NCBI GenBank assembly: GCA_963771465.1
Contig: CAVYTU010000017.1
Span: 640,001 to 704,000, forward strand
DNA: 64,000 nucleotides
Source: an uncultured delta proteobacterium
GTDB lineage: Bacteria; Desulfobacterota; Binatia; UBA9968
Direction: 5' to 3'
The notes beneath the pieces are model-generated. The model was given only the letters and a program-made list of their open reading frames with translations. It ran no database searches and had not been told where the DNA came from. Every line of letters starts with the position of its first letter. Position 1 is the stretch's first letter. Shown one piece after another: positions 48,576 to 57,541 of the stretch. The position numbers and the translations under genes were made by a program.

Positions 48576-49473
48576 TCAGAAAGTGAACCGCAACACCGAC
48601 TAATAGAATGCCAACCCAGGTGCCCACGCCGCTGACGATCTTCGGATCGGTTTCACCGAAGACCCAGCCTAAATCGTCACGGGTAAAATCGCCGAACACG
48701 CGCATGGTTTTCAAACTGAAGACCCAGCCAGCGTGTAAGCCAATGCCGAGATATAACTTTCCAGTTCTGATCAATGCGTAACTGAGGACAAGGCCAATGA
48801 TAAATAATCCAAAGATTCCGGGTAAAAGAACTACCGGGTCGAGGAATGGGCGAAACGACGCTAATAAGTGAGAAAAGCCCGCTAACGGTTCGATGCCGTC
48901 GAGAAAATAGGCCTTTCCCGGTTTGACGAAATGCAGCACGGAATAGAAAAGATTGGCGGCAAGGTACGCTCGCACCAGGTTGCCCTGGCGGTAGAGGCCC
49001 ATGAATAGGATGCCGCGAAAGAATAGTTCCTCGATGACGCCCACCGATAATCCCGCCATCGCCGCACTGGTGATTCGCGAGAGCGCGCGACTCAATGATA
49101 GGCGAAAGTACGGCGTGAAGATGTCGCTAGCGGTCATTGCGACGGTCAGCAGTATCATTGACCCAATCGCCAAGCTCCATCCGGTAACTAGATCCCGTCT
49201 CGCTAGCGCAAACCGCGCCGCGAACAGCTGTTTAATCTGTCCGTCGACGAAGTAGCCTCGGAATAGAATAAACAGAGCAACGCCCGAAATCATGAATGCG
49301 CGATTAAAAATACGTGAAAAAGGTATACGTTCGGAGAACAAGCCGAGCCCATCGGGGGCGAACCAATCGGCGGCTAGTGCGAACCACGGACTGATGATGC
49401 AGGTCAGTGCCAAGGCAGCGATTACGAAGAATAGGAGCCGGCCGTGAAGCGGCATCGCATGCAAGAATTTCAT
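48523..49473 (-). CDS. CPBP (Abi/CAAX) intramembrane protease
   Basis: EELFFRG, YSVLH, LHAGW motifs; start uncertain. Confidence 0.88.
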   Translation of the reverse strand: MKFLHAMPLHGRLLFFVIAALALTCIISPWFALAADWFAPDGLGLFSERIPFSRIFNRAFMISGVALFILFRGYFVDGQIKQLFAARFALARRDLVTGWSLAIGSMILLTVAMTASDIFTPYFRLSLSRALSRITSAAMAGLSVGVIEELFFRGILFMGLYRQGNLVRAYLAANLFYSVLHFVKPGKAYFLDGIEPLAGFSHLLASFRPFLDPVVLLPGIFGLFIIGLVLSYALIRTGKLYLGIGLHAGWVFSLKTMRVFGDFTRDDLGWVFGETDPKIVSGVGTWVGILLVGVAVHFLTRSRAARSGDPRHATAV

Positions 49474-49505
49474 GAATTTTACAAATATGTTATAGCAATC
49501 GCGCA

Positions 49506-50249
49506 ATGGCAAGCAGCTCGATAAAAAAACTGCAGGGAAAAGTCGCGTTAGTTACCGGCGGCAGCCGGGGCATCGGGCGCGAGATCGCTGCGGCCTACAC
49601 GAATGCCGGCGCTAGCGTCTTTATTTGTGGCCGCGATCAAGCCGCCGTCGATGCCGCGATTAACGAACTACGTGGCGACGGAGGCGACATCGACGGCGCC
49701 GCCGGTGACATTGGCTCGTCTGACGATGCCAAACGCCTTGTGCAGAGCGCACTCAGCCGTTTTGCTACAATCGACGTGTTGGTCAACAACGCCGGTATCC
49801 TGGGCCCACGCGAGACGATCGCCGATTATCCGATCAGCGTATGGAATGAAGTGATTCGAATCAATCTAACGGGTCTTTTTTTGATCACTCGCGAGGTATT
49901 GCCGATCATGCTGGCGCGGCGCTCGGGCTCGATCATCAACGTTACATCCGGCGTCGGCCGTATGGGTAAAGCCAAGTGGGGCGCCTACGCGGTTGCCAAA
50001 GCCGGCCTAGAGGGATTCACGCAGGTCCTCGCCGACGAAGTTAAATCATTGGGCATACGGGTGAATTCCGTCAACCCCGCGGCAACTCGAACTCGGATGC
50101 GAGCCGCCGCTTATCCAGCCGAAGACCCGCTGACCTTGCCTACCGCCGAATCGATTACCCCTATCTTCGTTCATTTGGCTTCGGCGGATTCGTCGGGCGT
50201 TACCGGGCAGTCGCTTAGCGCGCGGGATTGGCTGGCCAAGAGCGATTGA
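49506..50249 (+). CDS. SDR family oxidoreductase
   Basis: TGGSRGIG, NNAG, YAVAK. Confidence 0.93.
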   Translation: MASSSIKKLQGKVALVTGGSRGIGREIAAAYTNAGASVFICGRDQAAVDAAINELRGDGGDIDGAAGDIGSSDDAKRLVQSALSRFATIDVLVNNAGILGPRETIADYPISVWNEVIRINLTGLFLITREVLPIMLARRSGSIINVTSGVGRMGKAKWGAYAVAKAGLEGFTQVLADEVKSLGIRVNSVNPAATRTRMRAAAYPAEDPLTLPTAESITPIFVHLASADSSGVTGQSLSARDWLAKSD

Positions 50250-50283
50250 CGCGCGGGGGTATTTTAATATAGTAGTGTATGTC

Positions 50284-50541
50284 ATGCCTTGGGTAAAACA
50301 CAGTTCACAGTCAAATCGTTTCTACTGGATTCTTGCCGGTATCAGCTCGGTGCTAATCGGCATTCTCTCCGGATATTCTTGGTGGGGCGATACCGCTTCA
50401 GTTGTTACCGTCGTCGAGCAGCAGCTCAGTCAATCTCAAGCGCAGGTGCGGACGCTGGAAAAACGGGTTAAAGCGCTGGAGACCAAGCTTGGCATGGATA
50501 GCGATAGCGCGGCTTCGGACCCCGACACCAAATCCTATTGA
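50284..50541 (+). CDS. Small membrane-anchored coiled-coil protein
   Basis: One TM helix followed by a heptad-pattern segment. Confidence 0.65.
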   Translation: MPWVKHSSQSNRFYWILAGISSVLIGILSGYSWWGDTASVVTVVEQQLSQSQAQVRTLEKRVKALETKLGMDSDSAASDPDTKSY

Positions 50542-50602
50542 TCGATCATCGTTTACCAATCTAATTCGCGACGAAATCTTCTCAGCGCGGCGGCTGTCCC
50601 TT

Positions 50603-51580
50603 ATGTTGAAGACTCTAGCTTTCGTCCTTCTCGCCTTTATCGCGGGTGATGCAGAATGCCAGGAACTCAAAAAAATAAAAATTGGCTATCCGGCGATCTC
50701 CTATAACCAGATTCACATTTGGATCGCCAAAGACGCTGGCATCTACCGCAAACACGGCTTAGACGCTGAGGTAATATTTTTCCGCGGCGGCCAAATGGCG
50801 ACCCAGGCACTGGTCGCCGGCGATCCGCCGATCGTCAATATCGGCACCGTAGTTCAAGCCGGCCTGCAAGGACATGATGTCGTACTGATCGCTTCATCCG
50901 AATCGTCGTACAATTATTCGGTGGTGGCACGACCCGGTATCTCCCGAGTCGAACAGCTCAAAGGCAAACGGCTCGGTGTCAGCGGTTTCGGCTCGGCGTC
51001 GCACAACGCATCGCTGATTCTGCTTAAAAAATTCAATCTTGAAGCGAACAAGGACGTGACGCTGGTCGTTGCCGGCCCGACCATGGAAAGACTGAGCGCG
51101 GTGGATTCGGGCCGGATCGAAGCGACGATTCTTACGCCTTCCGAGCTGCCGCGGGCGCGCCGTCAGGGATTGGTCGAAGTTTATGACATGCTCGAACTTG
51201 GCATCGAAGTGCAGGGCAACGGCTTTGCTACTTCGCGCGGATTTATTAAAAGCCAACGCGACACGGTATTGAGCGCGCTAAAATCTTACGTCGAAGCGAT
51301 TTATTTCATCGGTAAAAACCGCGATGAGGCGAAACGGATCGCGGGCAGATATATGCGCACCAATGAGCAGGAGGTGTTGGACGCGACCGTTGACTGGTTT
51401 ATCAAGCGGGTTTCCAAACGGCCCTATCCGACGTTGAAAGGTATCCAATATCTGCTCGATGAGGTGGCGTCAAAAATTCCACAGGCGAAAAGTGCCAAGC
51501 CCGAGCAATTCACTGACTTGTCACTGTTACAGCAGTTGGAAAAAGAAGGCTTCTTCGCTGAGATGGCGAAACGTTATTAG
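50603..51580 (+). CDS. SsuA/NMT1-like ABC substrate-binding protein
   Basis: Signal peptide; WIAKDAGIYRKHGLD, QLKGKRLGVSGFGS. Confidence 0.9.
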   Translation: MLKTLAFVLLAFIAGDAECQELKKIKIGYPAISYNQIHIWIAKDAGIYRKHGLDAEVIFFRGGQMATQALVAGDPPIVNIGTVVQAGLQGHDVVLIASSESSYNYSVVARPGISRVEQLKGKRLGVSGFGSASHNASLILLKKFNLEANKDVTLVVAGPTMERLSAVDSGRIEATILTPSELPRARRQGLVEVYDMLELGIEVQGNGFATSRGFIKSQRDTVLSALKSYVEAIYFIGKNRDEAKRIAGRYMRTNEQEVLDATVDWFIKRVSKRPYPTLKGIQYLLDEVASKIPQAKSAKPEQFTDLSLLQQLEKEGFFAEMAKRY

Positions 51581-51624
51581 CGGTACCGACGCAGACGACC
51601 TCAAACCAAGACGGAGGTGGGGTA

Positions 51625-52128
51625 ATGAATCGAAAGATCGGTGAGCGCTTTCCCGACTTCGAACTACCGGATCACGAGAATCAGTCAGTTAAGCTTTCTG
51701 AGTTGGTTGGTAAGTTTCCGTTTATCCTGACCTTCTATCGCGGCTACTGGTGAGGAAAGTGCCAGGTGCAGTTGCGCCATTACGTCGAGTTTCAAGAAGA
51801 GCTGGCGATCAATTACTGTAAACTAGCGGTGGTCAGTGTCGATGCGCCGGAAGTGAACGATGCGTTTCGTACCGGCCTGCGCGCCGAGTTCCCGTTTCTG
51901 AGCGACCAGGATCGTAAGGTCGTGAAACTGCTCGACATGACCGAGACTTCCAAGAGCAAAGGGGTGACCGCCATGCCGCATACTTTTGCCCTGTTGCCGG
52001 ATTTAACGATTCATAATCTGTACAACGGGTACTGGTATTTGGGCCGGCCGACGTTGGCTGAATTGCGCGCCGACCTGCGCGCCATGTTGCGCAAAGTGCG
52101 CCCCGATTTCATGGGACCGGTCGGATAG
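51625..52128 (+). CDS. AhpC/TSA-like redoxin, probable selenoprotein (UxxC)
   Basis: ATG 51625 after GGAGG; FPDFELPD...FYRGYW-TGA(51751)-GKC in frame with the downstream 120-aa ORF. Confidence 0.85.
51765..51778 (+). promoter_or_regulatory. Candidate bacterial SECIS hairpin
   Basis: GGTGC-AGTT-GCGCC stem-loop starting 11 nt after the in-frame TGA, G in the apical loop. Confidence 0.5.
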
Positions 52129-52187
52129 ATGTACGGTGCGAATTCGTAGCAGTTGAAAGCACCGTGGCGAACCGGTAAGATTTTTTC

Positions 52188-52442
52188 ATGATTAGCCCGG
52201 ATGAAATTAAATCGACGCTATCGAAGGGACTGCCGGTTTCGGTAGTCGAAACCCAGGATCTCACCGGCGGCGGCGACCATTGGCAGGTCATCATCGTGTC
52301 ACCGGCGTTTGAAGGCAAAGGATTGGTGGAGCAGCACCGCATGGTCAACGAAGTGCTCAAGGAGCCGTTAGCCGATCAGCGCATTCACGCATTATCGCTC
52401 AAAACGTATAGTCCGGCCCAGTGGGATAAACTCGGTTCCTAA
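52188..52442 (+). CDS. BolA family protein
   Basis: GGGDHW...SPAFEGK..VEQHRMV...IHALSLKT. Confidence 0.93.
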   Translation: MISPDEIKSTLSKGLPVSVVETQDLTGGGDHWQVIIVSPAFEGKGLVEQHRMVNEVLKEPLADQRIHALSLKTYSPAQWDKLGS

Positions 52443-52476
52443 AAAGCTAGAGGCACCGCAAAAAGGAGAATTTGCT

Positions 52477-52800
52477 ATGGCAGATGAAGTGTTGAGCCAA
52501 ATTGAGGAGAAGGTAAAGAACAACAAAGTCATGCTCTACATGAAGGGCACGGCTGATTTTCCCCAGTGCGGCTTTTCAGCGCACACGGTGGAAATTCTAA
52601 AATCCTACGGGTTTCCGTTCGCCACCGACGACGTGCTCGCTAACCCGGCGGTGCGGGAAGGGATCAAGCGATACTCTAATTGGCCGACTATTCCGCAGGT
52701 TTATATTGACGGAAAATTTGTCGGCGGTTGCGACATTGTGCATGAGTTGCATGAACGCGGTGAGCTCGAGCCGATACTTAAAGCGGCCTTCGAAAAGTAA
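52477..52800 (+). CDS. grxD: Monothiol glutaredoxin
   Basis: MKGT..FPQCGFS, WPTIPQ, GGCD. Confidence 0.95.
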   Translation: MADEVLSQIEEKVKNNKVMLYMKGTADFPQCGFSAHTVEILKSYGFPFATDDVLANPAVREGIKRYSNWPTIPQVYIDGKFVGGCDIVHELHERGELEPILKAAFEK

Positions 52801-52805
52801 ACAAT

Positions 52806-52838
52806 AGGCCCCGGATCGTTAAGATTCGGGGCCTTTTT
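52806..52838 (+). terminator. Rho-independent terminator
   Basis: aggccccgga...ttcggggcct followed by T run. Confidence 0.85.
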
Positions 52839-52867
52839 GCGTCTAATGCTCAGGGAGATCGATCGCC

Positions 52868-53266
52868 ATGAAAAAGAAATTATTCGTTGTCTATTTCACC
52901 TTGATATTGGCGTTGGTGAGCTCCTGCGGTTCGCTTGGCCGTTTTGCCGCACGCGATAATTTTGAGCAGGGCATGGCGCTATTTAATCAGGGCCGTTTTG
53001 CCGCTTCGATTCCATACTTTGAAGATGCCACACACGACGATCCTAATTACGCCCCGGCCTATCTTTATCTCGGCCGCGCGTTGATCAGCCAGAGCAACTG
53101 GCGCGCGGCGATCCAGCCGTTGCGCACGGCGTTCCGGCTTTCACCGAGGGACGCGCAGGAAGAGATTGTCAATTTGATCATCGACGCCGGGTTTGCCGCG
53201 GCGCTGAATGATTTCCAATTGGGCGATAGGATAGGGCCGCCGAGCCGTTCGAAAGAAATTCTCTAG
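52868..53266 (+). CDS. TPR-repeat lipoprotein
   Basis: Lipobox VSSC; DPNYAPAYLYLGRAL TPR pattern. Confidence 0.8.
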   Translation: MKKKLFVVYFTLILALVSSCGSLGRFAARDNFEQGMALFNQGRFAASIPYFEDATHDDPNYAPAYLYLGRALISQSNWRAAIQPLRTAFRLSPRDAQEEIVNLIIDAGFAAALNDFQLGDRIGPPSRSKEIL

Positions 53267-53348
53267 TTTATCCGCGTCGCGCCGGTGAGCGTCGTTGTTC
53301 GGCGCAACGTTGACTATCAATTCCAAGAAAACGAGGTGGAGTTTGCTG

Positions 53349-54072
53349 ATGCAATTTGCGCTGATCGTGTCTTTTTTGCTGGCGGCGACGGAGCCGGCTT
53401 CGGCCCAGTGGGACAAGATGTTGAAAGGGTTGGGGAGCAATATGCCGAGCGTCGGCGCGGTGAGCGATGTTAAAATCGGTTCCGGACTGCAAGAGGCACT
53501 TAAGGTCGGTACGGAGAATGCAGTGACTCAAACCGGCACGGCGGACGGTTTTTTGCTAAACAAGGCGATCAAGATTCTGATGCCCAAAACGTTGCAGAAT
53601 ATCGAAAAGCCGCCTCAGTTTGGTCGGCTATGGGCCGCAGATCGATGAGTTTGTCGTCGGCATGAACCGCGCCGCGGAAAAGGCGGTGCCGTTTGCCAAG
53701 GAAATTTTCTGGGATGCCATCGGCGCGATGACTTTCGACGACGCCAGGAAGATTCTCAACGGCAGCGACACCGCGGCCACCGACTATTTCAAGTCGAAGA
53801 CCACCAAGAAGTTGCAGGCGGCGTTCCTGCCTTCGGTGACGGACGTAATGGATCAAGTGGGCGTGAATCGCCAATACAACGATCTGATCGGGAAATACAA
53901 AGACGTGCCGTTCTCGCGAAGCGTTACGTTCGATGTCAACCAGTATGTAACGGAAAAAGCGACCGACGGGATTTTCTTCGTTGTCGGTCAGGAAGAGAAA
54001 AAGATCAGAACTAACCCGGCGGCAAGGGTGACGGATTTGCTCCAAGAAGTGTTCGGCAGTCGAAAAAGATAG
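53349..54072 (+). CDS. DUF4197 family protein, split by a +1 frameshift near 53613
   Basis: GLQEALKVG...DGF...IKILMP then [10 protein letters not shown]...AATDYF...EEKKIRTNP. Confidence 0.85.
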
Positions 54073-54098
54073 CTCGCCAAAATAGAATCACCAGTGAA

Positions 54099-54132
54099 TA
54101 AAAGCGGCGAATGGCATTCACCCATTCGCCGC
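54099..54132 (-). terminator. Hairpin terminator between convergent genes
   Basis: gcggcgaatgg/ccattcgccgc 11-bp stem with A run on the left (U tract on the minus strand). Confidence 0.7.
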
Positions 54133-54161
54133 GTCAATTTTAAGACTCGATAGCACACCGG

Positions 54162-54887
54162 TCAGTTCGCCAGCGAAGCCATCAGTCGGCCGAAACCGCT
54201 GACTTGCTGTTTCACCTTGGCCATTTTCAGCGCGTGCCAGATGTAAGCCTGGCAGCTGGTGACGACGGGTTTGCCGATTTCATTCTCAAGCAAGTCAACA
54301 TCGGTGATTGTCGGCCAGCGCGGGCAGGGAACGAAGACGCCGTCGGCTTCGCGAGATTGCTCATAAAGCCGCTTGGCGATTTTATAAGCGGCGTGTTCGT
54401 CCATGTCGGTCAAGTCGGCGTTCTTGCGCACGCCATAGCCCTGGATTTTCAGCACTTTGAAGCCTGATGCTTCGAGAAAGGCCTTCATGCGCTCGTTGAG
54501 CGTGTCTTCGTGCGGCGTGGCGACGACGAGCTTCTTGAGGCCGAGCGACTTGAGCGCTTCGATCTCACCAGTGATGCCGGGGGAAACCGGCACGCCGTAC
54601 TTGTCGGTCAAACGTTTGCCCATTTCCGTGTCGCTGCCGTAGCCGAGCTTGGTAAACAGCGGCGAGCCGCCGATGATCACCGAGTCGCATTTGTTGTCGA
54701 CTAAATCGGCGGCCGCTTCTTCAATCCGTTGCAGCTGTCGTTCCAAATCGGCATCGACTAATTGCCTGATCGTTCCCGTGCTGTTGAGAATCATGAAGCC
54801 GGTCGGCATCATTTGATAAAATTCATAAACCAAAGTGTCGCCCCGCGATGGCGCCACGTGGCCGATTCTTACTCTCCAACCATACAT
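54162..54887 (-). CDS. Asp/Glu racemase superfamily (maleate isomerase/arylmalonate decarboxylase-like)
   Basis: MYGWRVRIG, VATPH, ADGVFVPC, GKPVVTS.QA..W, GFGRL. Confidence 0.85.
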   Translation of the reverse strand: MYGWRVRIGHVAPSRGDTLVYEFYQMMPTGFMILNSTGTIRQLVDADLERQLQRIEEAAADLVDNKCDSVIIGGSPLFTKLGYGSDTEMGKRLTDKYGVPVSPGITGEIEALKSLGLKKLVVATPHEDTLNERMKAFLEASGFKVLKIQGYGVRKNADLTDMDEHAAYKIAKRLYEQSREADGVFVPCPRWPTITDVDLLENEIGKPVVTSCQAYIWHALKMAKVKQQVSGFGRLMASLAN

Positions 54888-55044
54888 TCTCTTTTCCTCC
54901 TTCGCCGTCGACGTCCAATCACTATTCCAGCACAATCTAGGAAAATCCCGACAAAGCGTCAACCGCGATGTGCCGTCGTCTTTCTCAAACTTCCGCACTA
55001 GGGTAAAAGACAGTATCGGACCACCGATCGAAGAAAGGATTACC

Positions 55045-56058
55045 ATGCGATTCGGTATTGAGTTCGGCAGCTACCCGTCTGATTTGCCGCCGGCGGAAGT
55101 GTGTCAGCAAGTTTCTCAGCGGGCGCGGGCGGCGCAGCGCAATAATTTTGAAGCATTGTTCGTGGCGCAACACTTTATCACCGGTCCGGATGCGGCGATC
55201 TTGCAGTCGCTGCCACTGTTGGCGTATTTGGCCGGCCAGGTGCCGGGCATGTACGTCGGTACGTCGATTTTTCTTTTGCCGCTGCATCACCCGGTGATGG
55301 TCGCCGAGTACTTTGCGACGCTGGACAATCTATCAGGTGGTAAAGTTCTGTTCGGCGTGGGCCAGGGATATCGCGACAGCGAGTTCAATTCCTTCGGTAT
55401 CGATAAGCGCGAGCGCCGCGGCCGATTGGTCGAAGGTTTGGAAGTGATCCGCCGGCTGTGGACCGAGGATGGCGTGACATTTCACGGAAAGTTTTTTCAC
55501 CTCGACAAAGTGTCCATGGCGCCCAAGCCGTTGCAACGTCCCGGTCCGCCGATATTGCTGGGCGCCGATGCGGTCAAAACCGTGGCGAGAGTGCCGGAAG
55601 TGGCGGATCACTGGATCGCCAGCCGGCGCCACTCGAAAACATTCTTGCGCGAAGCCGTGCCGGCGTACAAAACCGCGTTGGAGCGGCACGGCCGGCCGTA
55701 TAAAGGCTTGTTCATTTTTCGCGATCTTTGCATCGCCGATAGTACTCGTGAAGCGGAGCAGCGTATACGCGAGGGCTACGAGCGGCGTTATCTGCGTTAT
55801 CAGCAATGGGGACAGCCGGGCGAACGCTATGATCTCAAGTTCGAAGAGCTGATGCGCGACCGTCTGATACTCGGCAGCCCGTCCGAAGTCGTCGAGCAGG
55901 TGATGGCTTATCACGAGGAATTCGGCGCTGAGGTGATGTGGTTCATGGTCGACTGGCCGGGCATGGACCCGCGCTTTACGTTGGAAACTATCGAGCGCTT
56001 CGGCGCCGAGGTGATTCCTCAAATCAATCGGTTAACGCGGCCATGTCCGCTGCTGTAA
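55045..56058 (+). CDS. LLM-class flavin-dependent oxidoreductase
   Basis: LLPLHHPV.VAE..ATLD.LSGG, GQGYRDSEF, PKPLQRP. Confidence 0.92.
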   Translation: MRFGIEFGSYPSDLPPAEVCQQVSQRARAAQRNNFEALFVAQHFITGPDAAILQSLPLLAYLAGQVPGMYVGTSIFLLPLHHPVMVAEYFATLDNLSGGKVLFGVGQGYRDSEFNSFGIDKRERRGRLVEGLEVIRRLWTEDGVTFHGKFFHLDKVSMAPKPLQRPGPPILLGADAVKTVARVPEVADHWIASRRHSKTFLREAVPAYKTALERHGRPYKGLFIFRDLCIADSTREAEQRIREGYERRYLRYQQWGQPGERYDLKFEELMRDRLILGSPSEVVEQVMAYHEEFGAEVMWFMVDWPGMDPRFTLETIERFGAEVIPQINRLTRPCPLL

Positions 56059-56234
56059 TTTAACGATGTGAATAATCAGTGCTGAGTCTGAATTGAGCGA
56101 GCGGCGTAAATCGTTTGACCGTTTGGCAGTGATTTCATTGGAATTTCATCGGTTTTGTTGTCACCGAGTAAACCGCTGTGATAGAAAAATAGTTTCGCGA
56201 CTGAATTATGCCTAACGCTGGAGGGGAGTTTTAA

Positions 56235-57458
56235 ATGCAACAGGAAGTATTAGAACAAGTAGATCGCGATCGGCTCGTCGAAGTGGCGTGTAACTTGGCA
56301 AATATCGTCAGCATTACCGGCGACGAAGAAAACGTCGCCAAGTATCTCGGCAGCGAGTTTGAAAAGCTCGGCATGCAAGTCGAGTATCAATACGTCGAAG
56401 ACGGCCGGCCCAATGTCGTCGGCAGACTCAAAGGCACGGGCGGCGGCGCGACTTTGATGTTCAACGCGCATATGGACCACTTCGATAATCCCCAAGAAAC
56501 CGTCGTCGATGAAGACCGCATCTATGGCCGCGGTTTGGTCAATATGAAAGCGGCGTTTCCCTGCTATATCGAAGCGGTGGCGGCGCTGCAAAGGGCCGAC
56601 GTGAAACTCAAGGGCGATTTGATCATCGCCGGTGTCGTTGGCGAGATCGAGAAGGCGCAGGTCGGCAGATTTCACGGCAAAGAATATCGCGGCGCAGGCG
56701 TCGGCGCGCGTTACTTGATGGACCATGGCGTGATGGCCGATATGTGCATCATCGGCGAGCCCACCGGTTTACAGCTTCAGATCGGCAACGCCGGGTTGCT
56801 CTGGGCCAAAGTGAGCGTCGACGGCAAAGCGACGAAGTTCGTTCTCGCCGCCTGCAAAGTCGCCCAGGCGATCCAAGATTGGGAAAAGGAATATCAGCGC
56901 AAAAACCCGCATAAGTTTATGCTGCCCACGGTGCAGATCGGCGCCATCGACGGCGGCAATGCGTTCAAACCCGGCACGCGGCCGACCACCGATATCTTTG
57001 TCATCGTCAAAATGCTTCCTGACGCGGTGCCCTTGGCGATCAAGCGCGATATCGAAGCGGTTTGCGAGAGAGTTCGCAAACGTGAGAGCGACATTCTCGA
57101 CATCCGCGTCGATCTCTATCTCACTACGCCGGGCTATGAGGTTTCAAAAAGTGAGCCGTTGGTGAAGGTGATGGAGAGCGCGCACAAAACCGTATTCAAA
57201 GCGCCGGTGCCTTACGCCAAGCCGATCCGTTACGGCATCACCAGCGACGGCTCGCGCATCGCGCAATACGGCGTGCCGGCAATCACTTACGGCCCCGGCT
57301 TTGGCACCCATCTGGTTGATCCGACTGAGACCAAAGCGGGAGAAGAATGGGATTCGCCCACGGGCGTGCGCCGTGGCGTCGGTATTACCAACATGGAGAA
57401 CTGCACGAAGGTTTACGCCATGGCCGCGCTCGATATCTGCAATCGGAAGAAAAGCTAA
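56235..57458 (+). CDS. M20 family metallo-hydrolase (ArgE/DapE-like), atypical ligands
   Basis: NAHMD, YGRGLVNMK, VGEIE, IGEPT, YGPG. Confidence 0.85.
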   Translation: MQQEVLEQVDRDRLVEVACNLANIVSITGDEENVAKYLGSEFEKLGMQVEYQYVEDGRPNVVGRLKGTGGGATLMFNAHMDHFDNPQETVVDEDRIYGRGLVNMKAAFPCYIEAVAALQRADVKLKGDLIIAGVVGEIEKAQVGRFHGKEYRGAGVGARYLMDHGVMADMCIIGEPTGLQLQIGNAGLLWAKVSVDGKATKFVLAACKVAQAIQDWEKEYQRKNPHKFMLPTVQIGAIDGGNAFKPGTRPTTDIFVIVKMLPDAVPLAIKRDIEAVCERVRKRESDILDIRVDLYLTTPGYEVSKSEPLVKVMESAHKTVFKAPVPYAKPIRYGITSDGSRIAQYGVPAITYGPGFGTHLVDPTETKAGEEWDSPTGVRRGVGITNMENCTKVYAMAALDICNRKKS

Positions 57459-57534
57459 TGGAGAATGGAGAATGTCGGATGTTGCTAGGGCGGGGAGTTC
57501 GAGTTTTTTAATTTTCCATTATCCATTATCAATT
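57457..57534. repeat. Heptamer-period inverted repeat element (AATGGAG)n...(CATTATC)n
   Basis: aatggag aatggag aatgtcg ... aattttc cattatc cattatc aatt. Confidence 0.7.
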
Positions 57535-57541
57535 TATTCCT

